Shown in pieces: positions 49,013 through 58,622 of a stretch of DNA of 64,000 bases; position 1 is the stretch's first letter; each line of letters starts with the position of its first letter. Source of the DNA: Microgenomates group bacterium Gr01-1014_7 (GTDB lineage Bacteria; Patescibacteriota; Microgenomatia; Daviesbacterales; UBA10151). The notes under the pieces are model-generated. The model was not told the origin of the DNA, searched no databases, and saw only the letters and a list, made by a program, of their open reading frames with translations. The translations under genes and the position numbers were made by a program. The stretch is taken from contig VMGD01000003.1 of the NCBI GenBank assembly GCA_007376405.1, forward strand, positions 336 through 64,335, given 5' to 3'.

Positions 49013-50089
49013 ATGTTCATTCCCAAATATTCAATCACCAACAAGATACTTAAAAGTATTGGCATTGTTGAGGCAGCGCGTGAGGTGATAATGAATGCTC
49101 CACTGGTTCCCGCATGGGAGGCAAAATTCAGGAAAGAGGCAATGGAGAGAACTGTTCATCATGGCACTCATCTGGAGGGAAATCCGCTGTCGGAAGAAGA
49201 AGTAAAGGATGTTTTGGATGGCCAGGAGGTTATAGCCAGGGACAGAGATATCCAGGAGATATTAAATTACAGAAATGTTTTAAAGTTTATAGATGGGGTG
49301 CAAACCCAAATCGGTCCCTCCGGAAACTACAACTTTACGCTTGAGACAATTCTGGAAATGCACCGGTTAACCACTGAAAAAATTCTTCCGCCGGAATCAA
49401 CCGGCAACTTTAGAATCCGCCAGGTGGTGATTAAAAATACCAAAACAGGACAAGTTTCCTACACCCCGCCTCCGGCAGTGGAAGTGCCGTATCTGGTTGA
49501 GGACTTGGTGAATTGGATTAACTCCGATGAAGGCAAAGAAGCTAATCCGGTGATTAAAGCCGGGATTATTCATTATGAACTGGCCCGGATTCACCCGTTT
49601 ACAGATGGAAATGGTAGAGTAGCCCGGGCTGTGGCCACTTTAATTATGTTTCTGGATGGTTATGATATCAGGAAATTCTTTGCTTTGGAAGAATACTTTG
49701 ATGAAAATCCAATGAACTATTACTTAACGCTGCAAGCTGTATCAAACCAGCTCGTACTAGATACTCACGAGCGGGATTTAACTCCCTGGCTGGAGTACTT
49801 TGTGGAAGGGGTGGCCATTGAACTCAACAGAGTTAAAGAGAAAGTGCAAAGAATTTCCGTTGATGCCAGGGTTAAAGATAGGTTGGGGGAGCAGCTGACT
49901 TTGAATGAGCGGCAAATGCTTATCATGGAATATCTTCACCGGCATAAAGCCATGACTAATAAAGATTTTAGAAAAATCTTTCCTGATTTCTCAGATGATA
50001 CTGTGCTTAGAGAGCTCATGTTTTTACGTAAAAAAGGATTATTAAAAAAAGTTGGTGGAACCAAAAAAGCTACATACGTTTTGAAATAG
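49013..50089 (+). CDS. Fic-domain protein with C-terminal winged helix
   Basis: HPFTDGNGRVAR. Confidence 0.92.
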   Translation: MFIPKYSITNKILKSIGIVEAAREVIMNAPLVPAWEAKFRKEAMERTVHHGTHLEGNPLSEEEVKDVLDGQEVIARDRDIQEILNYRNVLKFIDGVQTQIGPSGNYNFTLETILEMHRLTTEKILPPESTGNFRIRQVVIKNTKTGQVSYTPPPAVEVPYLVEDLVNWINSDEGKEANPVIKAGIIHYELARIHPFTDGNGRVARAVATLIMFLDGYDIRKFFALEEYFDENPMNYYLTLQAVSNQLVLDTHERDLTPWLEYFVEGVAIELNRVKEKVQRISVDARVKDRLGEQLTLNERQMLIMEYLHRHKAMTNKDFRKIFPDFSDDTVLRELMFLRKKGLLKKVGGTKKATYVLK

Positions 50090-50375
50090 GTTCAGGGCCT
50101 ACATAGTCCAATATTTGCTGGGTTATTTTGTCATCGGGCACTCCCATTTTCCGATAATCCCTTACGATTAGCCTGCACTGCTCTTTTATACTATCCCATT
50201 GCTCCTCTTCGGTTTGGTGGGCGAAACTAACATGGCGTGTAGCCGTTATTAAGCCGTTCTGTCTGTTCAATTCTACCCATTTATCGGTTTCATTTAAATC
50301 TTCAGGAGGAAGCAATTCTTCTGGCTCTTTAGTTTCTATATTGCCTGCATCTGTCATTCTTTCAGAATAAGACAA
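50070..50375 (-). CDS. Hypothetical protein
   Basis: Fills the gap between fic and lig; probable start MTDAGNIE. Confidence 0.4.
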   Translation of the reverse strand: MSYSERMTDAGNIETKEPEELLPPEDLNETDKWVELNRQNGLITATRHVSFAHQTEEEQWDSIKEQCRLIVRDYRKMGVPDDKITQQILDYVGPEPISKRM

Positions 50376-50421
50376 AAACGGAAATTTTACAATATACCAA
50401 TAATCTATTACAATCCCATTA

Positions 50422-52134
50422 ATGACATTTGCTAAACTTTCCCAATATTTTGAAAAACTTGAAGAAACATCCTCCAGACTTATCTTAATTGATATTTTAT
50501 CCGAACTTTTTTTTAAGGTGAGAGCTGATGAAATTGGGATGGTTTCCTATCTTTTGCAGGGAAGAGTAGCCCCATTTTATGAACCAATTGAGATGGGAAT
50601 GTCGGAAAAGCTGGTAGCTCAAGCCATGGCCCGAGCTTACGGGGTGGATCGCGAGCAAGTGCTCAAGGAATATGGAAGAGCGGGGGATTTGGGGAAGGTG
50701 GCGGAGAAATTTGCAAAAGAATTAAGAATCAAGAATAAAGAATTAAGCGTAGAAGAAGTGTTTAAAATCTTAACTGAAATTGCCAAAACTACAGGGGATG
50801 GGACCGTAGAAAAGAAAATAGCTCTTCTTGCAGGTTTACTCTCAAAAATGGATGGAGTTTCGGCTAAACACCTGGTAAGAATTCCCCTTGGGGTACTGCG
50901 GCTGGGGATAGGTGATCCAACTATTTTGGATGCTTTTTCCCTCGCATACGCTCGGGACAGGGCCAAACGTCCGATACTTGAAGCTGCATATAATAAAGTT
51001 TCGGATTTGGGTTTAGTGGGAGAAACTTTATCGAAGGGCGGGCTAAAGGCTGTTGAAAGATTAAGTGTAACAGTCGGGCGTCCAATAAGATCACAACTGG
51101 CAGAAAGATTACCAACTCCTGAAAAAGTTATTGAAAAAATGGGAACTGTTAATGCGCAAAGAAAATTAGATGGCTTTAGGGTGGCTATACATAAGAAAGC
51201 TAGCGAAGTAAGGCTTTTTTCCAGGAATCTGGAGGAAACAACCCCCATGTTTCCGGAAATAGTTGAAGGAGCAAAGAAACAAATTAAAGCTAAAAGTGTA
51301 ATTCTTGATGCCGAAGCCATTGGTTTTAATCCTATTTCCGGTGAATTTTTGCCCTTTCAGGAAACAACTCAAAGAAGAAGAAAGTATGGCATTGAAGAAA
51401 TGGCCAAAAAAATCCCTCTTAAGACTTTTTGTTTTGATATTTTATACAAGGATGGGACATCCTTGATCGATCAGCCTTTGGCTGCTCGATTAAAAACGTT
51501 AAAAAATACAATCAAAGACGGAGAAGTGCTTTTTCCCGAACTGGGAATAGTGGTTGAGACGGCTAAAAAATTGCAAATAATGCTGGATGAGAGTATTTCG
51601 GAAGGACTAGAGGGTTTGGTTGTTAAGAGGTTGGATAGCAAATATGAGGCCGGAGCCAGAAATTTTAACTGGGTAAAACTAAAAAGGCACTCAGATGGTG
51701 AGCTTAGAGATACAATTGATTGCGTGATTTTGGGTTATATTTATGGCAGGGGAAAAAGAGCATCATTCGGTGCGGGCGCGCTACTTGTTGGTGTTTACGA
51801 TGAGTCGCAAGACGAATTCGTGACAGTCAGTAAAATAGGAACCGGTTTAACAGATGAAGAGTTTAGGGAAATTCGAAGGAGGGCAGATAAAATTAAGGTT
51901 GATAAGCAGCCCGCTAGAGTCAATTCCATTTTAAAGCCTTCAGTTTGGATTGCTCCGGAAATTGTAATTGAAGTTTTGGCAGATGAAATAACCAGAAGCC
52001 CGATTCACAGCGCAGGCTATGCCCTGCGTTTCCCCAGACTTATTAAATTCCGCGAGGCCGACAAAAAAGCCGAAGACGCAACTACGGTTAAAGAGTTAAT
52101 TGAGATGTATCATCAGCAGTTTAAGAAAATATAA
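50422..52134 (+). CDS. lig: ATP-dependent DNA ligase
   Basis: KLDG, FDIL, EGLVVK, WVKLK, LRFPR; N-terminal DNA-binding domain. Confidence 0.93.
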   Translation: MTFAKLSQYFEKLEETSSRLILIDILSELFFKVRADEIGMVSYLLQGRVAPFYEPIEMGMSEKLVAQAMARAYGVDREQVLKEYGRAGDLGKVAEKFAKELRIKNKELSVEEVFKILTEIAKTTGDGTVEKKIALLAGLLSKMDGVSAKHLVRIPLGVLRLGIGDPTILDAFSLAYARDRAKRPILEAAYNKVSDLGLVGETLSKGGLKAVERLSVTVGRPIRSQLAERLPTPEKVIEKMGTVNAQRKLDGFRVAIHKKASEVRLFSRNLEETTPMFPEIVEGAKKQIKAKSVILDAEAIGFNPISGEFLPFQETTQRRRKYGIEEMAKKIPLKTFCFDILYKDGTSLIDQPLAARLKTLKNTIKDGEVLFPELGIVVETAKKLQIMLDESISEGLEGLVVKRLDSKYEAGARNFNWVKLKRHSDGELRDTIDCVILGYIYGRGKRASFGAGALLVGVYDESQDEFVTVSKIGTGLTDEEFREIRRRADKIKVDKQPARVNSILKPSVWIAPEIVIEVLADEITRSPIHSAGYALRFPRLIKFREADKKAEDATTVKELIEMYHQQFKKI

Positions 52135-52174
52135 CCATTATAACGGTTATAATAATTATAAAATTTATACTAAA
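52130..52174 (+). repeat. Five 9-nt units TATAAnnnT abutting the start codon of the four-helix-bundle gene
   Basis: tataaccat tataacggt tataataat tataaaatt tatactaaa ATG. Confidence 0.8.
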
Positions 52175-52702
52175 ATGCAAAATGAAGGCTACAAAAATCT
52201 TCCCTTTTTTAAACAGACAGAAATAATCTATGATTTTACCGTAGACTTCGTTAAAAAATATATTGACTACAAATCCCGTACCAAAGACCAGATGGAGCAG
52301 GCAGCCCGCTCCGGGAAACAGAATATAGCTGAAGGATATTTACAAAAAAGTTTAGAGGGAAGAATTAAGTTGGTGGGTGTAGCTCGCGGCTCTTTAGAAG
52401 AGCTTTTAAATGATTATTTGGATTACTTGCGTCAGCATAGGTTAAAGCTTTGGGATATGAATTCTGCGGAAGCCCGAAAAGTCCGAAGCTTCGTATATAA
52501 CAGTTATAACGATTATAAAAATTATAAAGATTATATTGAAAACCCGGAAAGCGCAGCTAATGCTATGATTTGCCTAATTAACCAAACCAACCGCTTACTG
52601 GATCAAAAAATCCGCTGGCTAGAAGAAAAATTTATTAATGAAGGCGGATTCAGGGAAAACCTTTTTAAAAAGAGGATGGAAAAAAGAAAAGCAGTGAGGT
52701 AA
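52175..52702 (+). CDS. Four-helix-bundle protein (23S IVP/Avd-like) with 'suffix' domain
   Basis: GYKNL, RTKDQMEQAARSGKQNIAEG, ARGSLEELL.DY.DYLR, F..EGGF.E. Confidence 0.85.
   Translation: MQNEGYKNLPFFKQTEIIYDFTVDFVKKYIDYKSRTKDQMEQAARSGKQNIAEGYLQKSLEGRIKLVGVARGSLEELLNDYLDYLRQHRLKLWDMNSAEARKVRSFVYNSYNDYKNYKDYIENPESAANAMICLINQTNRLLDQKIRWLEEKFINEGGFRENLFKKRMEKRKAVR
52496..52540 (+). repeat. Internal 9-nt array (YNSYNDYKNYKDYIE)
   Basis: tataacagt tataacgat tataaaaat tataaagat tatattgaa. Confidence 0.8.
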
Positions 52703-52711
52703 AATGCCTGC

Positions 52712-55330
52712 ATGGCATATGTAGCTGATTTGCATATTCATTCCAGATTTTCCAGGGCTTGTTCACAACAACTTAATATTCCAAATTTAGTAGAGTGGGC
52801 CAAATTAAAAGGCATAAATCTTTTAGGGACAGGGGATTTTTTACACCCACTTTGGCTAACAGAATTAAAACATCAGCTTAAAGAAGATGGGTCAGGGTTT
52901 TTAAAGGGTAAAGCGGAAAGCGTAAAGGGGGAAGAGGTAAGATTTGTTCTGACAGTAGAGATTGCTTCAATGTATTCTCATGGAGGCAGAGGCAGAAGAA
53001 TCCATAATCTGGTTTTTATGCCCGGCTTTGAGGCTGCTGAAAAATTCCAAAAAGCACTTTTAGCAAGAAGAGCAACTTTAGCTTCAGATGGTAGGCCAAT
53101 TGTAGGTATTCCCTCAAAAGAACTTCTGCAGATGGCGCTAACTGCTGACAAAAAAGCCATTTTTATTCCGGCTCACTGTGTCTTACCCGATACCCAAGTG
53201 CACACTGTTAAAGGAATGCAAGAAATACAAAGCATAAAGCCAGGTGATTTAGTTTATACCCACAATAATCGTAAAAGAGAGGTAACAGAAGTCATCAAAC
53301 ACGAGCACGACGGGACTTTATACAAAATTCAACCTTGGTATTTCTCTCCTGGTTTAGAAGCGACCGAAGAACACCCTTATTATGGTTTCCATATAAAATA
53401 TTGTCCTTCAACTGGTTCTCCTTGCCTTCCTACAGAAGCACATAAAAGAAGATGTAAACATAAATTTTATGAACAATATATCCCAATATGGCTTCCTGCA
53501 CAGGATTTAAGAGATGGAGATGTTTTGGTTTTTCCTAGATTTACTAATACTACACCAATGCCAACGCTTTTTTTAGATAAAGAATTAGCATATCAAGCCG
53601 TAGGTGAGTTAATCAAAACAGGAGGTTCAAGAGGCCATATTTTTAACCAGCAAATTCAAATTGATGAGAGCTTTTGCAGATTAATTGGCTACTATTTAGC
53701 TGAAGGTTCCCTTAGTACAACAAAAGGACACATAAGCCTCGCATTTAATCAGAGTGAGAGTGTGTATATTGAAGATGTAAAGCAATTGATTGAGAAAGTA
53801 TTTGGAATAAAGCATATACGCATATATAGAAGATTAAATAATAAGGGGGTGGAGATAACCATTTATTCTAAATTAATTTCAGAACTTTTTGCCAAACTTT
53901 TTTATACAGACAATTCGCATAAAGCATTTAATAAGAATTTACCTGACTGGATGCTTCATTTGCCAGAATTTCTGCAGGCTCAAATCTTGCTAGGATGGTG
54001 GAGGGGTGATCATGGTTATACTGTTTCGCGATCTTTAATGAATCAAATGAAAGTTATTTGTTTACGTCTGGGGATTGTTCCCTCGATAGGTGTTGACAAA
54101 TCAGAGAATCATCTTAAGAGAGGAAATCATATATATCAGGATAGAATTATCAAAGCAACTTCAGATCTTTATTACTTCTCCGGGCTTGCTTTTTTTGAAG
54201 ATAAATATAATCTTTTAAGTGATCCTGTATTTGAGGAATCTAAGCGTAAACTTACAAGAAGACATGGATGGATTGATAAAGACTATATCTATATGCCTAT
54301 CCGTAAAATTACCAGGAGGAAGTATACAGGGGAGGTTTTTAATTTGGAGGTAGACGAAGATAATTCCTATATAACTGAATTTGCTGCAGTACATAATTGC
54401 TGGACGCCCTGGTTTGGTCTATTTGGGTCCGAAAGTGGATATGATTCGCTAGAGGAGTGTTTTGAGGATTTAACAGACCATGTGTATGGGATTGAAACCG
54501 GGCTCTCAAGCGATCCGGCTATGAACTGGAGGATAAAGGAACTTGATAACCGCTCAATTATTTCCTGTTCTGATGCGCATTCCTTGCCAAATCTGGGAAG
54601 AGAGGCAACGGTGATAGAAGGGGAATTTAGCTATAATGGTTTATGGAAAGCTGTTTCTAACCCTTCTATCATTCTGAGGCCGAAGGCCGAAGAATCCCCC
54701 ACGAATGTGGGTTCTGACATTCGTCAGAGGTCCTTCGCTAAAGCTCAGGACGACAATAGAATTGTCGGTACCATTGAATTTCATCCTGAGGAAGGGAAAT
54801 ATCATTATACCGGACACAGAAACTGCGGAGTTAAATATGATTCGGAACAGGAAGTTGCAAACGGGGTTATTTGTCCAAAGTGCAAAAGACCCTTAACCGT
54901 GGGAGTAATGAGTAGAGTAGAGAAGATCGCAGGGCGATCAGTAGATGAAGTAGGGATGTTAGAGGATGAGCAGGGAATAATCAAAAGCAAGGTCTTTAAT
55001 AGGCCGGGATACCGGATGTTAGTCCCGCTTTTGCAGATTATTGCGGAAGCGCTACACTCTACTCCAACAAGCCAAAAAGTATTAAACGAGTATAAAAAGT
55101 TAGCAATTAATCTGGGTGGAGAAATTAAGGTTTTAACTAAGGTTGATGTGTCGGAAATTGCCAAACTTTCCGGCCCCAGAATTACTGAAGGGGTGGAAAG
55201 AATGAGAAAAGGTACTATTGTAATTGATCCCGGATATGATGGAGTCTATGGAGTGGTAAAAATATGGCCCGATGGGGAATCGATTGAAGAAAGTAGCGCA
55301 GAAGCTCCACAGTTGGGATTGTTTGATTAG
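52712..55330 (+). CDS. Endonuclease Q / TIGR00375-like PHP-domain nuclease containing an intein
   Basis: DLHIHS, GTGD, PAH^CWTPW, ETGLSSD, SDAHS, GKYH..GH..C, CPKC, PGYDG.YG. Confidence 0.85.
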   Translation: MAYVADLHIHSRFSRACSQQLNIPNLVEWAKLKGINLLGTGDFLHPLWLTELKHQLKEDGSGFLKGKAESVKGEEVRFVLTVEIASMYSHGGRGRRIHNLVFMPGFEAAEKFQKALLARRATLASDGRPIVGIPSKELLQMALTADKKAIFIPAHCVLPDTQVHTVKGMQEIQSIKPGDLVYTHNNRKREVTEVIKHEHDGTLYKIQPWYFSPGLEATEEHPYYGFHIKYCPSTGSPCLPTEAHKRRCKHKFYEQYIPIWLPAQDLRDGDVLVFPRFTNTTPMPTLFLDKELAYQAVGELIKTGGSRGHIFNQQIQIDESFCRLIGYYLAEGSLSTTKGHISLAFNQSESVYIEDVKQLIEKVFGIKHIRIYRRLNNKGVEITIYSKLISELFAKLFYTDNSHKAFNKNLPDWMLHLPEFLQAQILLGWWRGDHGYTVSRSLMNQMKVICLRLGIVPSIGVDKSENHLKRGNHIYQDRIIKATSDLYYFSGLAFFEDKYNLLSDPVFEESKRKLTRRHGWIDKDYIYMPIRKITRRKYTGEVFNLEVDEDNSYITEFAAVHNCWTPWFGLFGSESGYDSLEECFEDLTDHVYGIETGLSSDPAMNWRIKELDNRSIISCSDAHSLPNLGREATVIEGEFSYNGLWKAVSNPSIILRPKAEESPTNVGSDIRQRSFAKAQDDNRIVGTIEFHPEEGKYHYTGHRNCGVKYDSEQEVANGVICPKCKRPLTVGVMSRVEKIAGRSVDEVGMLEDEQGIIKSKVFNRPGYRMLVPLLQIIAEALHSTPTSQKVLNEYKKLAINLGGEIKVLTKVDVSEIAKLSGPRITEGVERMRKGTIVIDPGYDGVYGVVKIWPDGESIEESSAEAPQLGLFD
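53177..54397 (+). mobile_element. Intein with LAGLIDADG homing endonuclease (407 aa)
   Basis: Begins CVLPDT, block B TEEHP, LIGYYLAEG, LLGWWRGD, ends VFNLEV..VHN followed by extein Cys. Confidence 0.92.
54669..54755. repeat. REP doublet-like in-frame insertion in EndoQ
   Basis: TCATTCTGAG..CGAAGAATC ... TCCTTCG..CTCAGGACGAC. Confidence 0.8.
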
Positions 55331-55951
55331 ATGAAGATATTCAAGGATAGACAATCTGCAGGTCAGTTACTCGCTAAACGTCTTAAAAACATCCATGCTG
55401 ATCTGGTTTTGGGGATTCCTAGAGGTGGGGTGGTGGTGGCTGCCGAGGTAGCAAAGATTCTTAAGCTACCTCTGGACATTATTGTTACCCGTAAAATAGG
55501 CGCTCCAATGCAGCCGGAATTGGCACTTGGTGCAGTTGATCCGGACGGGGAATGTATCTGGGAAGGGAATTTACTAAAAGATTTAAGATTAAAGATTAAT
55601 GATTTAGGAGAAATAATTCAGAATGAATGGAAAGAGTTAAAGAGGAGAGAAGATTTGTATAGAGGGGAAAAACCGCCGCTTAAGCCCGAAGGAAAAATTG
55701 TCATTCTGGTTGATGATGGGATTGCTACAGGTGCAACAACTCTTGCTGCCATAAATTTTCTAAAAAGACATAAGGCTAAAGAGATTATTCTCGCTGTGCC
55801 TGTTGCCAGCAAAGAATCAGCTGAAAGATTAACTGAGCAGATAGATGAAGCAATGATCCTGGAAACTCCGGATTATTTCCAGGCCGTGGGCCAGTTTTAT
55901 CAAAGTTTCTTACCTGTTTCTGATGAAGAGGTGGTACAATTTCTTTCATGA
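55331..55951 (+). CDS. Phosphoribosyltransferase
   Basis: IPRGG, RKIGAP, LVDDGIATG. Confidence 0.9.
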   Translation: MKIFKDRQSAGQLLAKRLKNIHADLVLGIPRGGVVVAAEVAKILKLPLDIIVTRKIGAPMQPELALGAVDPDGECIWEGNLLKDLRLKINDLGEIIQNEWKELKRREDLYRGEKPPLKPEGKIVILVDDGIATGATTLAAINFLKRHKAKEIILAVPVASKESAERLTEQIDEAMILETPDYFQAVGQFYQSFLPVSDEEVVQFLS

Positions 55952-56721
55952 TTGATTCGGAGTTTTTAAAAGTGGCCAAACAAGCTGCCATTGAGGCAGG
56001 AAAAATAGTTAAAAAATATTACCAGTCTGAACTCACTCTTTATAATAAAGGCCATTTTACTAATTTTGCTACGGAAGCAGACCTGCAAACGGAAAAAAAG
56101 ATTATTGAAATTATTAAAAGGAATTTTCCTACGCATAATATTATTGCTGAAGAAAGTGGAGGGGTAAAGAGTAAGTCAGAATATACTTGGGTTATTGATC
56201 CTATTGATGGTACGATAGCTTTTGTGGATGGTATTCCTACTTTTGGGATCTCCATAGGGTTATTAAAAAATAATGAGCCATTCCTCGGGGTTATTAGTCT
56301 GGTGGCAACAAGTCAGTTGTATTGGGCGGAAGCCGGCACGGGAGCTTTTTTAAACGGTAAAAGAATAAGTACAAGAAAAATATCTAATTTAGAAAATTGC
56401 ACTATTGCTTTCGGTTATGGACATAAAGACGGGTTGGCAATACTGGACAGCTTTTTCCGACCATTAATGGGAAGGGTTAGACAAATTTATCTTTTTGGTT
56501 CAGCAGTTTCAAGCATGTGTTATATTGCTAGGGGAATGATAGATAGCTATATTATTAGTGGTCATGTTTGGGATGTAGCTGCAGGAGCAATAATTGTGAA
56601 AGAGGCAGGAGGAAAGGTAACAGATCTCGGGGGTAATAAGCCTGATTGGACAAAGGATAGAATGGGATTAGTATTGTCAAACGGCTTAATTCATGATCAA
56701 ATACTGGAGGTACTAAAGTGA
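55948..56721 (+). CDS. suhB: Inositol monophosphatase family protein
   Basis: AEES, WVIDPIDGT, WDVAAG. Confidence 0.88.
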   Translation: MIDSEFLKVAKQAAIEAGKIVKKYYQSELTLYNKGHFTNFATEADLQTEKKIIEIIKRNFPTHNIIAEESGGVKSKSEYTWVIDPIDGTIAFVDGIPTFGISIGLLKNNEPFLGVISLVATSQLYWAEAGTGAFLNGKRISTRKISNLENCTIAFGYGHKDGLAILDSFFRPLMGRVRQIYLFGSAVSSMCYIARGMIDSYIISGHVWDVAAGAIIVKEAGGKVTDLGGNKPDWTKDRMGLVLSNGLIHDQILEVLK

Positions 56722-57281
56722 AAATCATTGTCGGATTGGGAAATCCGGAGGATAAATATAAATCAGTCAGGCATAATTTGGGATTTATGGCGGTGGATAA
56801 ATTAGTATCGAGTATTAAGTATGAAGTATTATGGGAAGACAATAAAAAGTTTAAGTCTCAAATTGCCCGAGTTTCACCCGAACTTTTAGTAGCAAAGCCG
56901 CAGACTTATATGAATAATTCGGGAATGGCAGTGAAGTTACTGGCTGATTACTACAAAGTTTCTCCTGCAGATATTGTCATTATTTATGATGAGTTGGATT
57001 TACCTCTGGGAAAAATTAAAGTACGTTTAGGTGGAGCAGCAGCAGGGCATCATGGTGTGGAATCAATCATTGATGCACTGGGTACGGATCAATTTATCAG
57101 GGTAAGACTTGGGATTGGGAATTTAAGAACCCAAAGCTCCGAACACAAACATGCTCATGTTAATGCGGAGAAATTTGTGCTGGAACCTTTTATGCACTCT
57201 GAAAAAGCGCAAGTAAAACATATGATTAAGCAGGCAATTAAACTATTGCACAAAATTATTACAACTGGTAAACTAAATTGA
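56718..57281 (+). CDS. pth: Peptidyl-tRNA hydrolase
   Basis: GLGNP, RHNLGF, KPQTYMN.SG, DELDLP, GHHG. Confidence 0.95.
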   Translation: MKIIVGLGNPEDKYKSVRHNLGFMAVDKLVSSIKYEVLWEDNKKFKSQIARVSPELLVAKPQTYMNNSGMAVKLLADYYKVSPADIVIIYDELDLPLGKIKVRLGGAAAGHHGVESIIDALGTDQFIRVRLGIGNLRTQSSEHKHAHVNAEKFVLEPFMHSEKAQVKHMIKQAIKLLHKIITTGKLN

Positions 57282-58024
57282 TGAAAAATAGCTTAAATCC
57301 TCTTTATTCCACTTCCACAGCAATTCTAGCGGGAGCTTTAATAGTAGCAATTTCTGTTTTAATGCATGGAGGTATTATTAAATTAGGTAAAGGGGTAAGT
57401 GCTCCTTCTCCGGCTGCTCCTGCAGCCGGTCAACCTGTCCAGCCACAAGTTCAGGGTAAAACAGAAGCGGATATTGTTAAGGGATTAAAAACTTATGCCG
57501 GAAAGGCAGGCTTGGACCAGGGTAAATTCGATTCATGTCTGGATTCTGGTAGTAAAGCCTCTGCAGTTTCCAAAGATTTAGCCGATGGTACGGCAGCAGG
57601 TGTAAATGGCACTCCGGCATTTTTTGTTAACGGCAGGATTATTTCAGGAGCAGTGCCGTTTGAGCAGTTTAAAACCGTAATTGATGAAGAGATACAAGGG
57701 AGCGCCGCAACAACCGTTACCAGGCAAACCGTGGCAGTGGGGGATTTGCCTGTTCTTGGTAAAGAATCTGCTAAAGTAACTTTAATTGAATTTTCAGATT
57801 ATGAATGCCCGTTTTGTGAAAGGCATTTTAGCCAAACCGAACCTCAACTTAAAAAAGATTACATAGATAAAGGACTGGTTAAATTTTATTACAGGGATTT
57901 TCCTTTAACTTCTATTCATCCCGGAGCTCAAAAAGCAGCTGAAGCAGCAAGGTGCGCAAATGATCAGGGAAAATACTGGGAATATCATGATATAGTTTTT
58001 TCAAACCGCCAGGCTATTTTCTAA
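57278..58024 (+). CDS. DsbA-family oxidoreductase, circularly permuted
   Basis: GVNGTPAFFVNG precedes EFSDYECPFC; N-terminal TM. Confidence 0.85.
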   Translation: MMKNSLNPLYSTSTAILAGALIVAISVLMHGGIIKLGKGVSAPSPAAPAAGQPVQPQVQGKTEADIVKGLKTYAGKAGLDQGKFDSCLDSGSKASAVSKDLADGTAAGVNGTPAFFVNGRIISGAVPFEQFKTVIDEEIQGSAATTVTRQTVAVGDLPVLGKESAKVTLIEFSDYECPFCERHFSQTEPQLKKDYIDKGLVKFYYRDFPLTSIHPGAQKAAEAARCANDQGKYWEYHDIVFSNRQAIF

Positions 58025-58621
58025 ATGAGCAAAAAATGGATAATAATAAGTGTAATTACTGCTTTGTTTATAGCTTTTCTTGCTTGGCTTTTTATTGAAT
58101 CCTCAAAACCGCTGCCCGGAGAAAAAATAGCTGATTTGGGAAGGGGACATGTACCTGCTGGTACAAAAGTTGAATATAATTCAAACCCCCCAACATCAGG
58201 CAAGCATTATGAGGAATGGATTAGGGCAGGGGTATATAGCGAGCCCAAAGATGATAGAAATTTAGTTCATTCCCTGGAGCATGGGTACGTGATATTAAGT
58301 GTAAAGTGTAATCCCTCGACTGCGCTCGGGACAAGCGTTAAAAGTGAAAAGTTAGAGGAGGCGACAGCAAGCGGAGAAGCAACAGGGTCAGGAGAATTTA
58401 AGGCTGATGATGAATGCAGGAACAGATTGGAACAGCTTTCCAGAATTTATGAAAAAAAGGGTAAAAGAAAGTTGATTGTGGTTCCAAGGGAGAATTTAGA
58501 AACAGATTTTGCACTTACTGCCTGGCAGTTTCTTGATAAATTTGATCAATTTGATGCAGGTAGGATTGAAAAGTTTATTGATGCACATTTGAATCAAGGT
58601 CCGGAGAAAACAATGGAATAA
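58025..58621 (+). CDS. DUF3105-like membrane-anchored protein
   Basis: YNSNPPTSGKH, VHSLEHG, LTAW. Confidence 0.8.
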   Translation: MSKKWIIISVITALFIAFLAWLFIESSKPLPGEKIADLGRGHVPAGTKVEYNSNPPTSGKHYEEWIRAGVYSEPKDDRNLVHSLEHGYVILSVKCNPSTALGTSVKSEKLEEATASGEATGSGEFKADDECRNRLEQLSRIYEKKGKRKLIVVPRENLETDFALTAWQFLDKFDQFDAGRIEKFIDAHLNQGPEKTME

Positions 58622-58622
58622 T

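Noticed and set aside
52130-52540. 9-nt and 7-nt arrays as possible CRISPR arrays
   Set aside because: No unique spacers, units far too short, no cas genes
52175-52702. Diversity-generating retroelement suggested by the Avd-like fold
   Set aside because: No reverse transcriptase and no TR/VR repeat pair seen in the window
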